Source of the DNA: Terriglobia bacterium
GTDB lineage: Bacteria > Acidobacteriota > Terriglobia > 20CM-2-55-15
Length of the DNA stretch: 64,000 bases
Reading direction: 5' to 3'
Assembly (NCBI GenBank): GCA_965198225.1
Contig: CBDAOY010000007.1
Location: forward strand, 862,045-926,044
Positions 40,298 to 49,252 of this stretch are shown here, in pieces. The notes under the pieces are model-generated. The model did no database searches, was not told the DNA's origin, and saw only the letters and a list, made by a program, of their open reading frames with translations. Every line of letters begins with the position of its first letter. Positions within the stretch are counted from its first letter, which is position 1. A program made the position numbers and the translations under genes.

Positions 40298-40400
40298 GCG
40301 GATAAGCGGAATAAGCAGGGTCTGACGACTATGGTAGCACTGAGATTGTCGTCGCATGGGTGTTATGTCAACCCGCGCGCGGCGGCAGGCCGTCGCGCGG
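40298..40400 (+). repeat. U-repeat copy 1 (~104-bp two-hairpin element)
   Basis: GCGGATAAGCGGAATAAGCAGGGTCTGACGACTATGGTAGCACTGAGATTGTCGTCG.ATGGGTGTTATGTCAACCCGCGCGCGG..GTCGCGCGG. This is 1 of 4 near-identical copies, the others at 42473, 51741 and 51100(-). Confidence 0.8.
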
Positions 40401-40616
40401 CGCCACGCATGTCGGGCTACGGCGGCAACATCGTTCAGCTGATGCCGAATGGCATGATTGGATTTCGTTTTGGCAATGGCGGCTCTGTCCCGCTCGAGCG
40501 GATGACCGTTGTCGCGGACAAGATTCGTCCATTTGACGAATACCCCCGTCGCTGACAGCGCCCCTTTTGACTATGCTTTTATTAAACTATGCTAAATCGG
40601 TTGAGGATCAATCAAA

Positions 40617-41303
40617 ATGAGCGAAACGCGCTATCCGAACGAGAGCCCTGAATATCGCAAAGCCCGCGACGAACTGCTGGAAGCCGAGCAGGCACTGGTC
40701 GAACAAACCAGGGCCGTAGCCGAAAAACGCCGGCAACTTCCTCCTGGTGGAAAACTGAAGGAGGACTACGTATTCCAGTGGGCCAATGAAGGCAAGGTCG
40801 GGGAAGAAGTGCGCTTGTCCGAGCTGTTCGGCGACAAGAACACGCTTATTCTTTATAACTTCATGTACGGCCCGGCCTGGGACAAGCCCTGCATGTCTTG
40901 CACAACGTTGATGGATGGTTTTGATCGTACCGCCTACCCGGTGTCACAGGATGCGGCATTCGTCGGAATTGCGAAGGCGCCCGCAGACATGATCCATGAC
41001 TGGGCGTCGCATCGCGGCTGGACGAAAATCGGACTTGTGTCAGGCGCCAATACAACATACCAGGCCGACTACAACTGCCAGGGCGAGAACGACGACATGC
41101 AATGGCCGATCATGCACGTATTCCGGAAAGTCGACGGCGAGATCTACCACTTCTGGGGAACCGAATTACAGGGCAACCATGTCGATACCGTCTGGCCGTA
41201 CTGGAACATGATGGACTTCACGCCCGAGGGCCGCCCGGACTACATGGCGCCCCCGCAGGATTTCACGTCAGAATTCCTGCAGAAGCACTACCTGGACGAC
41301 TAG
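40617..41303 (+). CDS. DUF899 thioredoxin-like family protein
   Basis: 228 aa containing the motifs EDYVFQWANEGKVGEEVRLSELFGDKNTLILYNFMYGP..CMSC and WPIMHVFRK.DGEIYHFWGTEL. Confidence 0.65.
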   Translation: MSETRYPNESPEYRKARDELLEAEQALVEQTRAVAEKRRQLPPGGKLKEDYVFQWANEGKVGEEVRLSELFGDKNTLILYNFMYGPAWDKPCMSCTTLMDGFDRTAYPVSQDAAFVGIAKAPADMIHDWASHRGWTKIGLVSGANTTYQADYNCQGENDDMQWPIMHVFRKVDGEIYHFWGTELQGNHVDTVWPYWNMMDFTPEGRPDYMAPPQDFTSEFLQKHYLDD

Positions 41304-42355
41304 TCCGCGTCGAGTGGCGCGCAAGGTTCCAGGTCACTCATCGCAATGCCGCCGCGATTACCAATTGTGACGGTGCCATAGCGCTCGGCAAAGATGTCCG
41401 GCAGTGGCCGGTCATTGGGCATGGATAACCATAGCCGCAACAGGTGGCGACGGTCTTCTATTTCCGGCCAGTCTTCAAAACCGGTTCGATCGTGCAGCAA
41501 TCCGTGGTTGTAGACGAACTGCAGATCGCCCGGTTCCAGTTGCATGGACAAATTTAACCGAGTGTCGTTGGCCAGATTGTCGAATAAGTCGAGTGCGTCA
41601 ATGTGCTCGGGCGTCAGCTGCATGGCGTTCTCGAATCGTTGTGCCGAATCGATGTACTGGCGCTGGTACATCACCGTCAGGAAGTCGTGATCCCAGGTTA
41701 AGACCGGAATCGAAAAGAACGGCTGCATGCCGTCGGGAATTTCGCCGCGCCGGTCCGTCGCTATCGGGTCGAACAACAGTTTGGCGAGGTCCGGGCGAGT
41801 TTCCAACATTTCGTTGTAGATGGTGATTGCGCTCACCAGGAGCGAATCACCGCCCTTTTTTGCCTTCTTCAAACATAGCAGGCCGACCACGTCGCTGGAA
41901 TCGGTGTGAAAGGTCTGCCGTTCATTGGTCTGGTAAATCCGGACGTCCGGTGCGTCGCTATGCATGTCCAGGTCGCGTACGTGTCCAAGCACATGCCCCT
42001 TGGCGTTTTGCATGCGTGCGCTACCGAGATGTGCGCCAACGCCGTAAAACATGATGGCCGCCTGTTCGACTGTATATCTCTCGACCGGGAGTCGACGCAG
42101 CAATGCAAAGCCGATGCCTTCTACAAGCTGTTCAGCGAGTTCTTCCACCCTTGGTCCCAGTCCCGCGAGTGGAAAATTCTTCCTGTTAATTGAAACAATG
42201 GGAATAGCGAGCTTCGCGATGCTGCCTGCCGCCGCTTCAATCTCAGCGATCTCTGAATCTCTCAGATCAATGATCCACTGGTCCGTATCTGCCCTGAGAT
42301 CGGGCCCATACCAGGCCAGCGCACATTCCTGCCGTTCCGGTATTTGCATTGCCAT
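41300..42355 (-). CDS. TauD/TfdA-family Fe(II)/2-oxoglutarate-dependent dioxygenase
   Basis: HTDSSD (His-x-Asp facial triad) and overall TauD-like sequence. Start is taken at MAMQIPER, which is preceded by GGAAAG. Confidence 0.7.
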   Translation of the reverse strand: MAMQIPERQECALAWYGPDLRADTDQWIIDLRDSEIAEIEAAAGSIAKLAIPIVSINRKNFPLAGLGPRVEELAEQLVEGIGFALLRRLPVERYTVEQAAIMFYGVGAHLGSARMQNAKGHVLGHVRDLDMHSDAPDVRIYQTNERQTFHTDSSDVVGLLCLKKAKKGGDSLLVSAITIYNEMLETRPDLAKLLFDPIATDRRGEIPDGMQPFFSIPVLTWDHDFLTVMYQRQYIDSAQRFENAMQLTPEHIDALDLFDNLANDTRLNLSMQLEPGDLQFVYNHGLLHDRTGFEDWPEIEDRRHLLRLWLSMPNDRPLPDIFAERYGTVTIGNRGGIAMSDLEPCAPLDAD

Positions 42356-42472
42356 CTTTCCTGGTCGCGCTCCATGGTCGGAGAGGTGTTTCGCTCGTGA
42401 CAATTATCCCGTCATTGACGCACAATGCCAGCGAAGCAGTCATTGCGAAGTTGATTGGGCACCTAATTACGT

Positions 42473-42576
42473 TGCGGATAAGCGGAATAAGCAGGGTCTG
42501 ACGACTATGGTAGCACTGAGATTGTCGTCGTATGGGTGTTATGTCAACCCGCGCGCGGCCGCAGGCCGTCGCGCGG
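42473..42576 (+). repeat. U-repeat copy 2
   Basis: 104 bp, 2 mismatches to copy 1. Its 3' hairpin supplies the stop-proximal codons of the truncated PD40 ORF. Confidence 0.8.
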
Positions 42577-42976
42577 TTGCCCGTACAGGATCGTCCCGTC
42601 TGTCTCCCAACTGATACCGAAGTTGTTGCCACCAGGCTCGGTGAGCAATTTGGGCGCACCTCCCGTGACGGCGACCTTCATCAATCGTGGGCGTGCAGCG
42701 TTTGATACGAAGTCCATATAAACAATCTGCTGCCCATCGGGTGAGAAAACAGGGTCTACCAAACTAGCATCACCAATTCCCGGTATCATCTGGGCTTCGA
42801 GTCCATCCATAGCCCGGAGGTAGAACCCGCCCGTGCCTCGGTACACGAACTGTCGGCCATCGGGTGAAATCGCAACAACTTGCCGCCCAAGATTTGAAAA
42901 AGTAATCCCCTCCGGCAGCTCGTAGTCAAAGCGGCTGACGGAGACAGGTTCTACAGGCCTCAGAGTCCACCCGCCA
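42577..42976 (-). pseudogene. Internal fragment of a PD40/TolB-like beta-propeller repeat protein
   Basis: Contains SPDGRQFVY and FSPDGQQIVY PD40 repeats. It is bounded by U2 at its 3' end and by the IS6 terminal inverted repeat at its 5' end. Confidence 0.5.
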
Positions 42977-43772
42977 GGAATTGTCAACTTGGGCCCATAA
43001 CTGCCAGACTGGTTCTATGAAATCGACTCGACCCCTCTATCACGGCCACCGTTACCCACGCGAAATCATCAGTCATGCAGTCTGGCTGTATCACAGATTC
43101 GGCATCAGCTTCCGAGATGTGGAAGATCGCCTCGCCGAACGAGGTGTAGTTGTGTCCTACGAGACAATCCGCCAATGGTGCGCGAAGTTCGGTCTCGAAT
43201 ATGTCAGGCGTCTCAAACGACAACAAGGTCGACTCGGAGATACATGGTTCCTGGACGAAGTCTTCGTCACAATCAACGGTGAACGCCAATATCTTTGGCG
43301 CGCCGTGGATCAAGACGGTGACGTGATCGACATCCTCGTCCAGTCCCGACGCAATCGTCGTGCGGCGGAGCGCTTCTTTCGCAAACTCTTGAAGAATCAG
43401 GGAAAGGCGCCGTTCCGCCTCGTTACAGACAAGTTAAAGAGTTACGGCGCGGCGCTCCGGACGATCATGCCTTCGGTGAACCACGACACCGCACAATACG
43501 CGAACAATCGAGCAAAAGTCTCACACCAACCAACGCGACAGAGAGAACGACAAATGCGACGGTTCAAGTCTCCACGACAAGCCCAACTCTTCCTGTCGCT
43601 ACATGGCATAGTTCTGAATCTTTTCCGATTGTCCAGGCACAGACTGAAGGCGGTTCACCACCGTATGCTGCGAGCGCGTTCTTTTGCGACCTGGGAGGCG
43701 GTTACCGTGGGTTGATCGACCCGCGCCGATCCGGCACACGTTCGACCTTCGGACGGCAAGTTGACAGAACCC
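42977..43772 (+). mobile_element. IS6-family (IS26-like) insertion sequence
   Basis: About 800 bp with terminal inverted repeats GGAATTGTCAACTTGGG (42977-42993) and reverse complement of CGGCAAGTTGACAGAACC (43755-43772). Single transposase gene. Confidence 0.8.
43017..43715 (+). CDS. IS6-family transposase
   Basis: MKSTRPLYHGHRYPREIISHAVWLYHRFGISFRDVEDRLAERGVVVSYETIRQW.. matches the IS26/IS6 transposase family in length and motifs. Confidence 0.85.
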   Translation: MKSTRPLYHGHRYPREIISHAVWLYHRFGISFRDVEDRLAERGVVVSYETIRQWCAKFGLEYVRRLKRQQGRLGDTWFLDEVFVTINGERQYLWRAVDQDGDVIDILVQSRRNRRAAERFFRKLLKNQGKAPFRLVTDKLKSYGAALRTIMPSVNHDTAQYANNRAKVSHQPTRQRERQMRRFKSPRQAQLFLSLHGIVLNLFRLSRHRLKAVHHRMLRARSFATWEAVTVG

Positions 43773-43897
43773 TTCGTGGCTATCGGTGTCGCGTATCGCC
43801 CGCGCAATCCGGAAACGACAGTCCTTCTACACGAAGTCGCCGACGGTTGGAAGACATCGCCCAGATCGGCGCGCTGGAATACGCTGACGGCAGGGCG

Positions 43898-46165
43898 TCA
43901 GTCGCGGTGCACGAAGACAAACTCGCCGCCCTCGTCGCCGGCCTGGTAGATCACGCCGTACTGTGGCGTGTTGGGGCTGTTGTTGATCACCGCCTGCCGG
44001 AAATCGGCGAACAGTGCGTCGGCGGTGATGTAGCGGCTCGAGTTGTCGGTTAGCCGGTCGGTCAGGTATTGCAGGAAAACGCTCTGGTCCGGAACCTGGG
44101 TGAGCGTGCCGCTGGTCATGGCCTTGCGGCTCGACAGCCGGGCCAGCTCGGTGATCGCCCGGTCCGCGCCCGCGAACGCCGTGCGCGTCTTGAAGATACC
44201 GCCGCTGAAGCAGGCGTCAGAGATCAGCAGCGTGTGCTTACTGTTGATGCCTTTGATCAGGTCGCGGATGTCGCTGTTCGAGATCCATTGGGCGGGATTG
44301 TCCTGCGTGGCGTCGGCCGGCAGCCAGTAGCCCTGTCCGATCTGTTCGTTCCAGATGCCGTGGCCGGCGAAGAAGACGATCACGCTGTCCTTGTCCGTGA
44401 CCCTCAGGCCGAGCTGCTGAAGGCCACGGTAGATCTCGTCTTCGTCCGGATTCTCGAGCCGGGTGACGTTCTGGGCGTCGAAACGATAGCGCTGGACCAG
44501 TACGTTCTCGAGCCGCTGGGCGTCGGAGATGGGATGGTCCAGGTCGTTGACCGCGGGGTTCTCGTAGTCCTGCACAGCGATCAGGAGCGCGTGGTAGGTA
44601 CCTTCGGGCAGCTCGGCCAGCGCGGACTCGTCGGCCGGCTTGAGCCCCCGGTCGCCACCGGGAGTCGGGGCGTCGGGAGGCGGTGCGCCGCCGCTCTCGC
44701 GAACGACGATCAGACGCGCTTCTGCCCAGTTCTGGTGTCGCTGACGCGCACGCGGATCTGGTTCTCGCCGAAGGCCAGGTTCACCTCCCGCCAGAATTCG
44801 CCGCGCGCCGAGACGTTGGCATCCTCGCCGTTGATCAGCACCTCGTAGATGCCGCTCTCGTCCCTGACCGCTCCGGCGACCACGACCCTCTTGGACGGCA
44901 CGGTGATCCGATCGCCGCTTGAGCCTGGTCGGCTGAGCTCAATCTCCGGCGGCCTGACGTCGTTGGTTCTCACGACCACCTCGTCTTCACTCGGCGACGG
45001 GATCTCGGGTCGTGTGGGACGCGGCTCGGCCTCCTCCGGGCTCACCGACGCGACCAGCGTCCGGAGATCGACCGCCTGGACCTTCGAGAAGATGACGTTG
45101 GCCCGGCTGGAGGCGGGATAGCGCGTGTAGCCGCGACCGGACTCGTGGAACCGGAAGACCATGTGGGCAGTGGATCCGCCGCGCGCCAGCTCGCGGTTGG
45201 GGATCGTGTACTCCCACACCGGATGCGGCTTCGCCGAAATGGCGGTGGCTTTGAAGCCGACCGCCAGTGAGGCGCCCGAGGAGAACCCTCCGCACCCGGT
45301 GGAAGAGCCCTCGGTAAGAAGGTACTGGGTACAGATGCTGGTGTAGGTGCCGTTCCTCCTACCGTAGCCGACATCGGTCCTCGCGGCGTCGATGATGCCG
45401 TTCTGGTTGACGTCGACCCGAATGCTGGCGAAGTCGAGCGCGGGGAACTGCCCGCGCAGGTTGTCGGAGGTATCGCCCACCGCCTCCAGCACGAAGGTGG
45501 TCTTGTCGCCCTCGTACTTGGCGATGACAACGTGGCGCTCGTTCTTCTCCAGTACCCGCTCGCTCGCCGTTGTCGGCGGCGTCAGCGAGGCGATGATGAC
45601 CTTCGAGAAGATGACGTTGGCCCGGCTGGAGGCGGGATAGCGCGTGTAGCCGCGACCGGACTCGTGGAACCGGAAGACCATGTGGGCAGTGGATCCGCCG
45701 CGCGCCAGCTCGCGGTTGGGGATCGTGTACTCCCACACCGGATGCGGCTTCGCCGAAATGGCGGTGGCTTTGAAGCCGACCGCCAGTGAGGCGCCCGAGG
45801 AGAACCCTCCGCACCCGGTGGAAGAGCCCTCGGTAAGAAGTACTGGGTACAGATGCTGGTGTAGGTGCCGTTCCTCCTACCGTAGCCGACATCGGTCGGC
45901 GTCGATGATGCCGTTCTGGTTGACGAACCCGAATGCTGGCGAAGTCGAGCGCGGGGAACTGCCCGCGCAGGTTGTCGGAGGTATCGCCCACCGCCTCCAG
46001 CACGAAGGTGGTCTTGTCGCCCTCGTACCTGGCGATGACAACGTGGCGCTCGTTCTTCTCCAGTACCCGCTCGCTCGCCGCCTGTACGCCGGGCGTTGCG
46101 AACAGAGCCAGGATCGCGGTCGCCAAGAGAAGCCGAGTCGCATTGGCGAGAGTCGAACTCATCAA
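43898..46165 (-). pseudogene. Secreted caspase-family (peptidase C14) protein with a tandemly duplicated N-terminal domain; reading frame interrupted in the first repeat
   Basis: Signal peptide MMSSTLANATRLLLATAILALFATPGVQA. Two copies of a ~170-aa module (ERVLEKNERHVVIAKYEGDKTTFVLEAVGDTSD..GGSTAHMVFRFHESGRGYTRYPASSRANVIFSKV) follow. The C-terminal caspase domain has His (FFAGHG) and Cys (LLISDACFSGG). ORFs 45359-46165, 44710-45738 and 43898-44575 are pieces of this one gene. Confidence 0.65.
45081..46085. repeat. Tandem duplication (2 x ~519 bp) inside the caspase-family gene
   Basis: Over 250 bp are identical between 45081-45330 and 45600-45850. The upstream copy (closest to the signal-peptide end of the gene) has 1-, 7- and 2-nt deletions that break the frame. 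Confidence 0.8.
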
Positions 46166-46451
46166 CAGGCGCGCCGCGCCTGCCTCGCAGGTTCGTATCG
46201 CCGGCCTTTCCCCTACATGCTAGTGCACCGCCGATGGCAAGGGCAAGGTAGCCGCCATCGACGCCTTGCGCGAGGCGACCATGCCCTCCATCGGCACCAG
46301 GATCCGCCGGTGGGCGGCCGCCAACGCGTCCTCGGTCAGTCCGTCTTCTCCGGTCCGAGCAGCACCGCGGTCGGCTGAGTGGAGTTCGACCGCCTCGTCG
46401 GACAGGTGCTGCCAGCAACGGCGGAACCGGATAATGGGCAGTCGAACCGTG

Positions 46452-47450
46452 CTACTCCCACACATCAAAATTCCCCGCCCAGATCGCATCGATGCGGCCT
46501 GTGCGCCAGCCCGCCACCTTGTCGCGTACCAGCGACGAGGGCAACTCCCGGTAGCGGCGGACGATCGCGGGCGCTTGGTTCTCGGATGCATTCAGCAGTT
46601 CGCGCGCGGTGCGAATCTGGTCTTTACGCCGTGGGCTCGGTGGTTCCGGCTGAGGAGCCACCACGACGCGCGCGCGCACACGGTCGAAACGCGATTCGTC
46701 GATCGGCGATTCCATGACGTGCAGGCCCGATTCACGGGAGAGGATGGCGTAGCTGCCGAAGCCGCCGAGCGAGAAGATTACGCCGTCGGGGCGCTCCCCT
46801 CCCCCGACTGGTAGCTCCGTCAACCGCATGCGGCGGCGCCTGGCCCACTGCCGGTACATGTCCACGGTGTGTGCCAGGAACTCCCGGGCCTGGGGATGAT
46901 CCATGTCCTCGCGCAGCAAGCGAACGCCGAGGAACGCCTGGGTGGGACGCTCGCTGTCCAGGTCCTCGATCCCCTCGTCCAACACGTAGAGCTTCTCCGC
47001 TATCCGCGCGGTGGGTGACGGGCTGTGACCGTTCTGCCGTCGGCGCTCCGCGAGGGAGTTGAGCGCTGCTGCTGCGGACTCGATACGATCCATGAGCTCG
47101 ATCCGATGCAGCACCAGAAAACGGTCCTCCCGGTTCCAGAACCCGTCGCCGTTGATCTCCTTAAGGCCCTCTTCCTTTGCTGCACGCCAGGGCTCGTCGT
47201 CCAAACGCATGACGATATCTTTCACCCGCGATGTGAGAAACGCCTGCTCGTTCGCCGCGCCGGTGGCGTGCAGCATTAGGTGCGTAACCGAGAGCGATGC
47301 CGCAGATGCCTCTGCACCCGCAATCTCCGGAGGCGGTTCCGCTTCGGCGTCGGGATCGATGAACTCCACACGCAGGGTGTTCCCATCGCTGCGCACGAAC
47401 AGGAACTGCTCACCCTCCGGCGCGCGGTTCTCGACGATCGTGATCGACAA
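46452..47450 (-). CDS. Peptide-chain-release-factor-2-like protein lacking the GGQ catalytic segment
   Basis: 332 aa. HTVDMYRQWARRRRMRLTEL..GVIFSLGGFGSYAILSRESGLHVMESPIDESRFDRVRARVVVAP aligns to the RF PCRF domain (MYxRWAE..[33 protein letters not shown].P), with an SPI in the SPF position. The C-terminus RRYRELPSSLVRDKVAGWRTGRIDAIWAGNFD matches the RSYNFPQGRVTDHR..LD..L.G.LD tail. The ~45-aa GGQ-bearing region between them is absent. Confidence 0.6.
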   Translation of the reverse strand: MSITIVENRAPEGEQFLFVRSDGNTLRVEFIDPDAEAEPPPEIAGAEASAASLSVTHLMLHATGAANEQAFLTSRVKDIVMRLDDEPWRAAKEEGLKEINGDGFWNREDRFLVLHRIELMDRIESAAAALNSLAERRRQNGHSPSPTARIAEKLYVLDEGIEDLDSERPTQAFLGVRLLREDMDHPQAREFLAHTVDMYRQWARRRRMRLTELPVGGGERPDGVIFSLGGFGSYAILSRESGLHVMESPIDESRFDRVRARVVVAPQPEPPSPRRKDQIRTARELLNASENQAPAIVRRYRELPSSLVRDKVAGWRTGRIDAIWAGNFDVWE

Positions 47451-47479
47451 AGGCGCAAGGAGGCAACGAGAGCTGTGCT

Positions 47480-48290
47480 TGACGATCTGAAGCGTAGATC
47501 GAACACTTTTGAGCGGTGAGAATGCGCTAACAGTGGAAACAAGTGCGACTCCATTGCTTGTTGCCCGATGTACATTACTGGTGCTTTATCTTTCCGAAGA
47601 CGAGAAGCAAGGGGTTATAGTATCCCACGCTTGGGCACATCCAGGTTGTTCCGGACGTAGCGTTGGTCCAAAACGCTCAGGCCGTTCGTAGCCAGGGGCG
47701 ATCTTCCATCCGTGACGTTGTTAAGGTGATCGGGACAAGCAACTTCAGTTTCCTTAGCCAAGACGGACACTGAGGGACTCAGTAGCGAGTTCAATCTCGC
47801 GTGCGGCAGTCGAGCCCTTCCAGAGCCGTTGCTCTCGCAGTACGCGCTTGGTCACTCGAGGGTTCACGGACCAAACTATAGCGGCTACCTGTGGGTCACG
47901 GCCGATAAGGTATTCGAGTTAGGAAGGGCGAGGTGACGTGAGCTCTCGGGCTTGCTGATTACTTGGCCAGTGGCATGAGGCGATCATTGACCATCAGACC
48001 TGAGAAGCCGTGCCGCCACGGCCAGCACGCCAAAGAATTGAGTTCGCGGGCCCGACATTTTTAACAGAGCAACTCCGAGTTGGTTGCGTATTCCGGCGAA
48101 ATCCGCCAGTGATTCCGAAGTGAAAGCCGCCACGATTCCGGGCAAAGCATCCACCCGTCGGAGCGAAGCGACGCTGGGGAGGGTTATCATTTCCGAAGTG
48201 GATGGCTTCGGTCAAACAAGAACCGCGTTTGTGGTGTAATTTTCATCTAACAATTCCTCCTCGAATGTGAATGAATCGCCGGGCCTGTGT
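47480..48290. other. Non-coding ~0.8-kb spacer with lower GC between the RF-like gene and IS21 copy 1
   Basis: Only short, low-complexity ORFs in all six frames. Contains short hairpins (for example CCGAAGCCATCCACTTCGG). I did not recognise tmRNA, RNase P or CRISPR features. Confidence 0.3.
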
Positions 48291-48481
48291 GTAAGTGTGA
48301 ATGGGCTGCGGGTTGTGCGGCCCATTCAAGCCGGTGTGGGAATCCGCGCGTTGTGTAGCGGATTTCCATAGCTGCGGCACTTTCCACAGGCCGATGCCTC
48401 TGTGCTGTTCGCAAGGCAGAAAGTTCCGACCGCGGCGCGGCCTGGGGTCGGAATCTCTGCGGAGCGGTGGTCCACTGAAGG

Positions 48482-49252
48482 CTATCCCTCATTCGGATCA
48501 GGCTCCTTTCTAGCCCGGCTCGGGCCGTTTTTGGACTTTCGCATCGAAGCCCCATCCAGTTCGATGCGATGCGCATTGTGGACCAAGCGGTCGAGGATGC
48601 TATCGGCCAGTGTGGGATCCCCGATCTGATCGTGCCAGTCGGTGATGGGCAACTGACTGGTGAGGATCGTGGATCGGGTGGCGTAACGGTCGTCGCAGAT
48701 TTCCAGGAAGTCGCGGCGTTCGGTGTCGGCGAGCGGCGCGATGGCCCAATCATCGACAAGGAGAACGTCGATTCGGGCAATGCGGTCCAGCAGTTTGACA
48801 AAGCTGCCGTCCGCACGGGCCACGGCTAGGTCGCGCAGCAATCGCGGCGCGCGGGTGTAGAGTGCGGTGAAGCCGTCGCGAACGGCTTTGTGGCCCAGCG
48901 CGCAGCCGAGAAAGCTTTTTCCGACGCCACAGGGTCCGGTGATGATCACGTTCTGATGCTGGGTAACCCAGTCACAGGCGGCCAGGCTGCGGATCAACCC
49001 GCGGTCCAGGCGGCGCGGATGCCGGTAGTCGATGTCTTCGACGGCGGCGTTGATTTTAAACCGGGCGGTCTTCAAGCGACGGGCGAGCGCCCGGTTTGCC
49101 TTCCAATCCCATTGCCGATCCACCAGCAAGGCCAGACGTTGCTCGAAACTGAGCCGGAGGATTTCGGGGTCTTCCATCTGCTGGCCCACCGCCTCGGCCA
49201 TGCCCGTGAGTCGCATCGCATGGAGTTTTTCCAGTGTGGGTTGCATTAGCAT
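48482..49252 (-). CDS. istB: IS21-family helper IstB (AAA+ ATPase)
   Basis: 256 aa starting MLMQPTLEKL, with Walker A GPCGVGKS and Walker B LLVDDW. The start overlaps the istA stop. The 650-aa ORF in the track is a frame run-on through istA. Confidence 0.85.
   Translation of the reverse strand: MLMQPTLEKLHAMRLTGMAEAVGQQMEDPEILRLSFEQRLALLVDRQWDWKANRALARRLKTARFKINAAVEDIDYRHPRRLDRGLIRSLAACDWVTQHQNVIITGPCGVGKSFLGCALGHKAVRDGFTALYTRAPRLLRDLAVARADGSFVKLLDRIARIDVLLVDDWAIAPLADTERRDFLEICDDRYATRSTILTSQLPITDWHDQIGDPTLADSILDRLVHNAHRIELDGASMRKSKNGPSRARKEPDPNEG

Noticed and set aside
40298-40400. U repeat as a canonical integron attC site
   Set aside because: I could not find GTTRRRY / RYYYAAC core sites on either strand (nearest are GTTATGT / GTTGACA), so only an attC-like fold, not a canonical attC, can be claimed.
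47480-48290. tmRNA, RNase P RNA or CRISPR array in the non-coding spacer
   Set aside because: No tRNA-like 3' end or tag-peptide reading frame, no GGAAAGTCCGG-type P4 motif, and no regularly spaced direct repeats.
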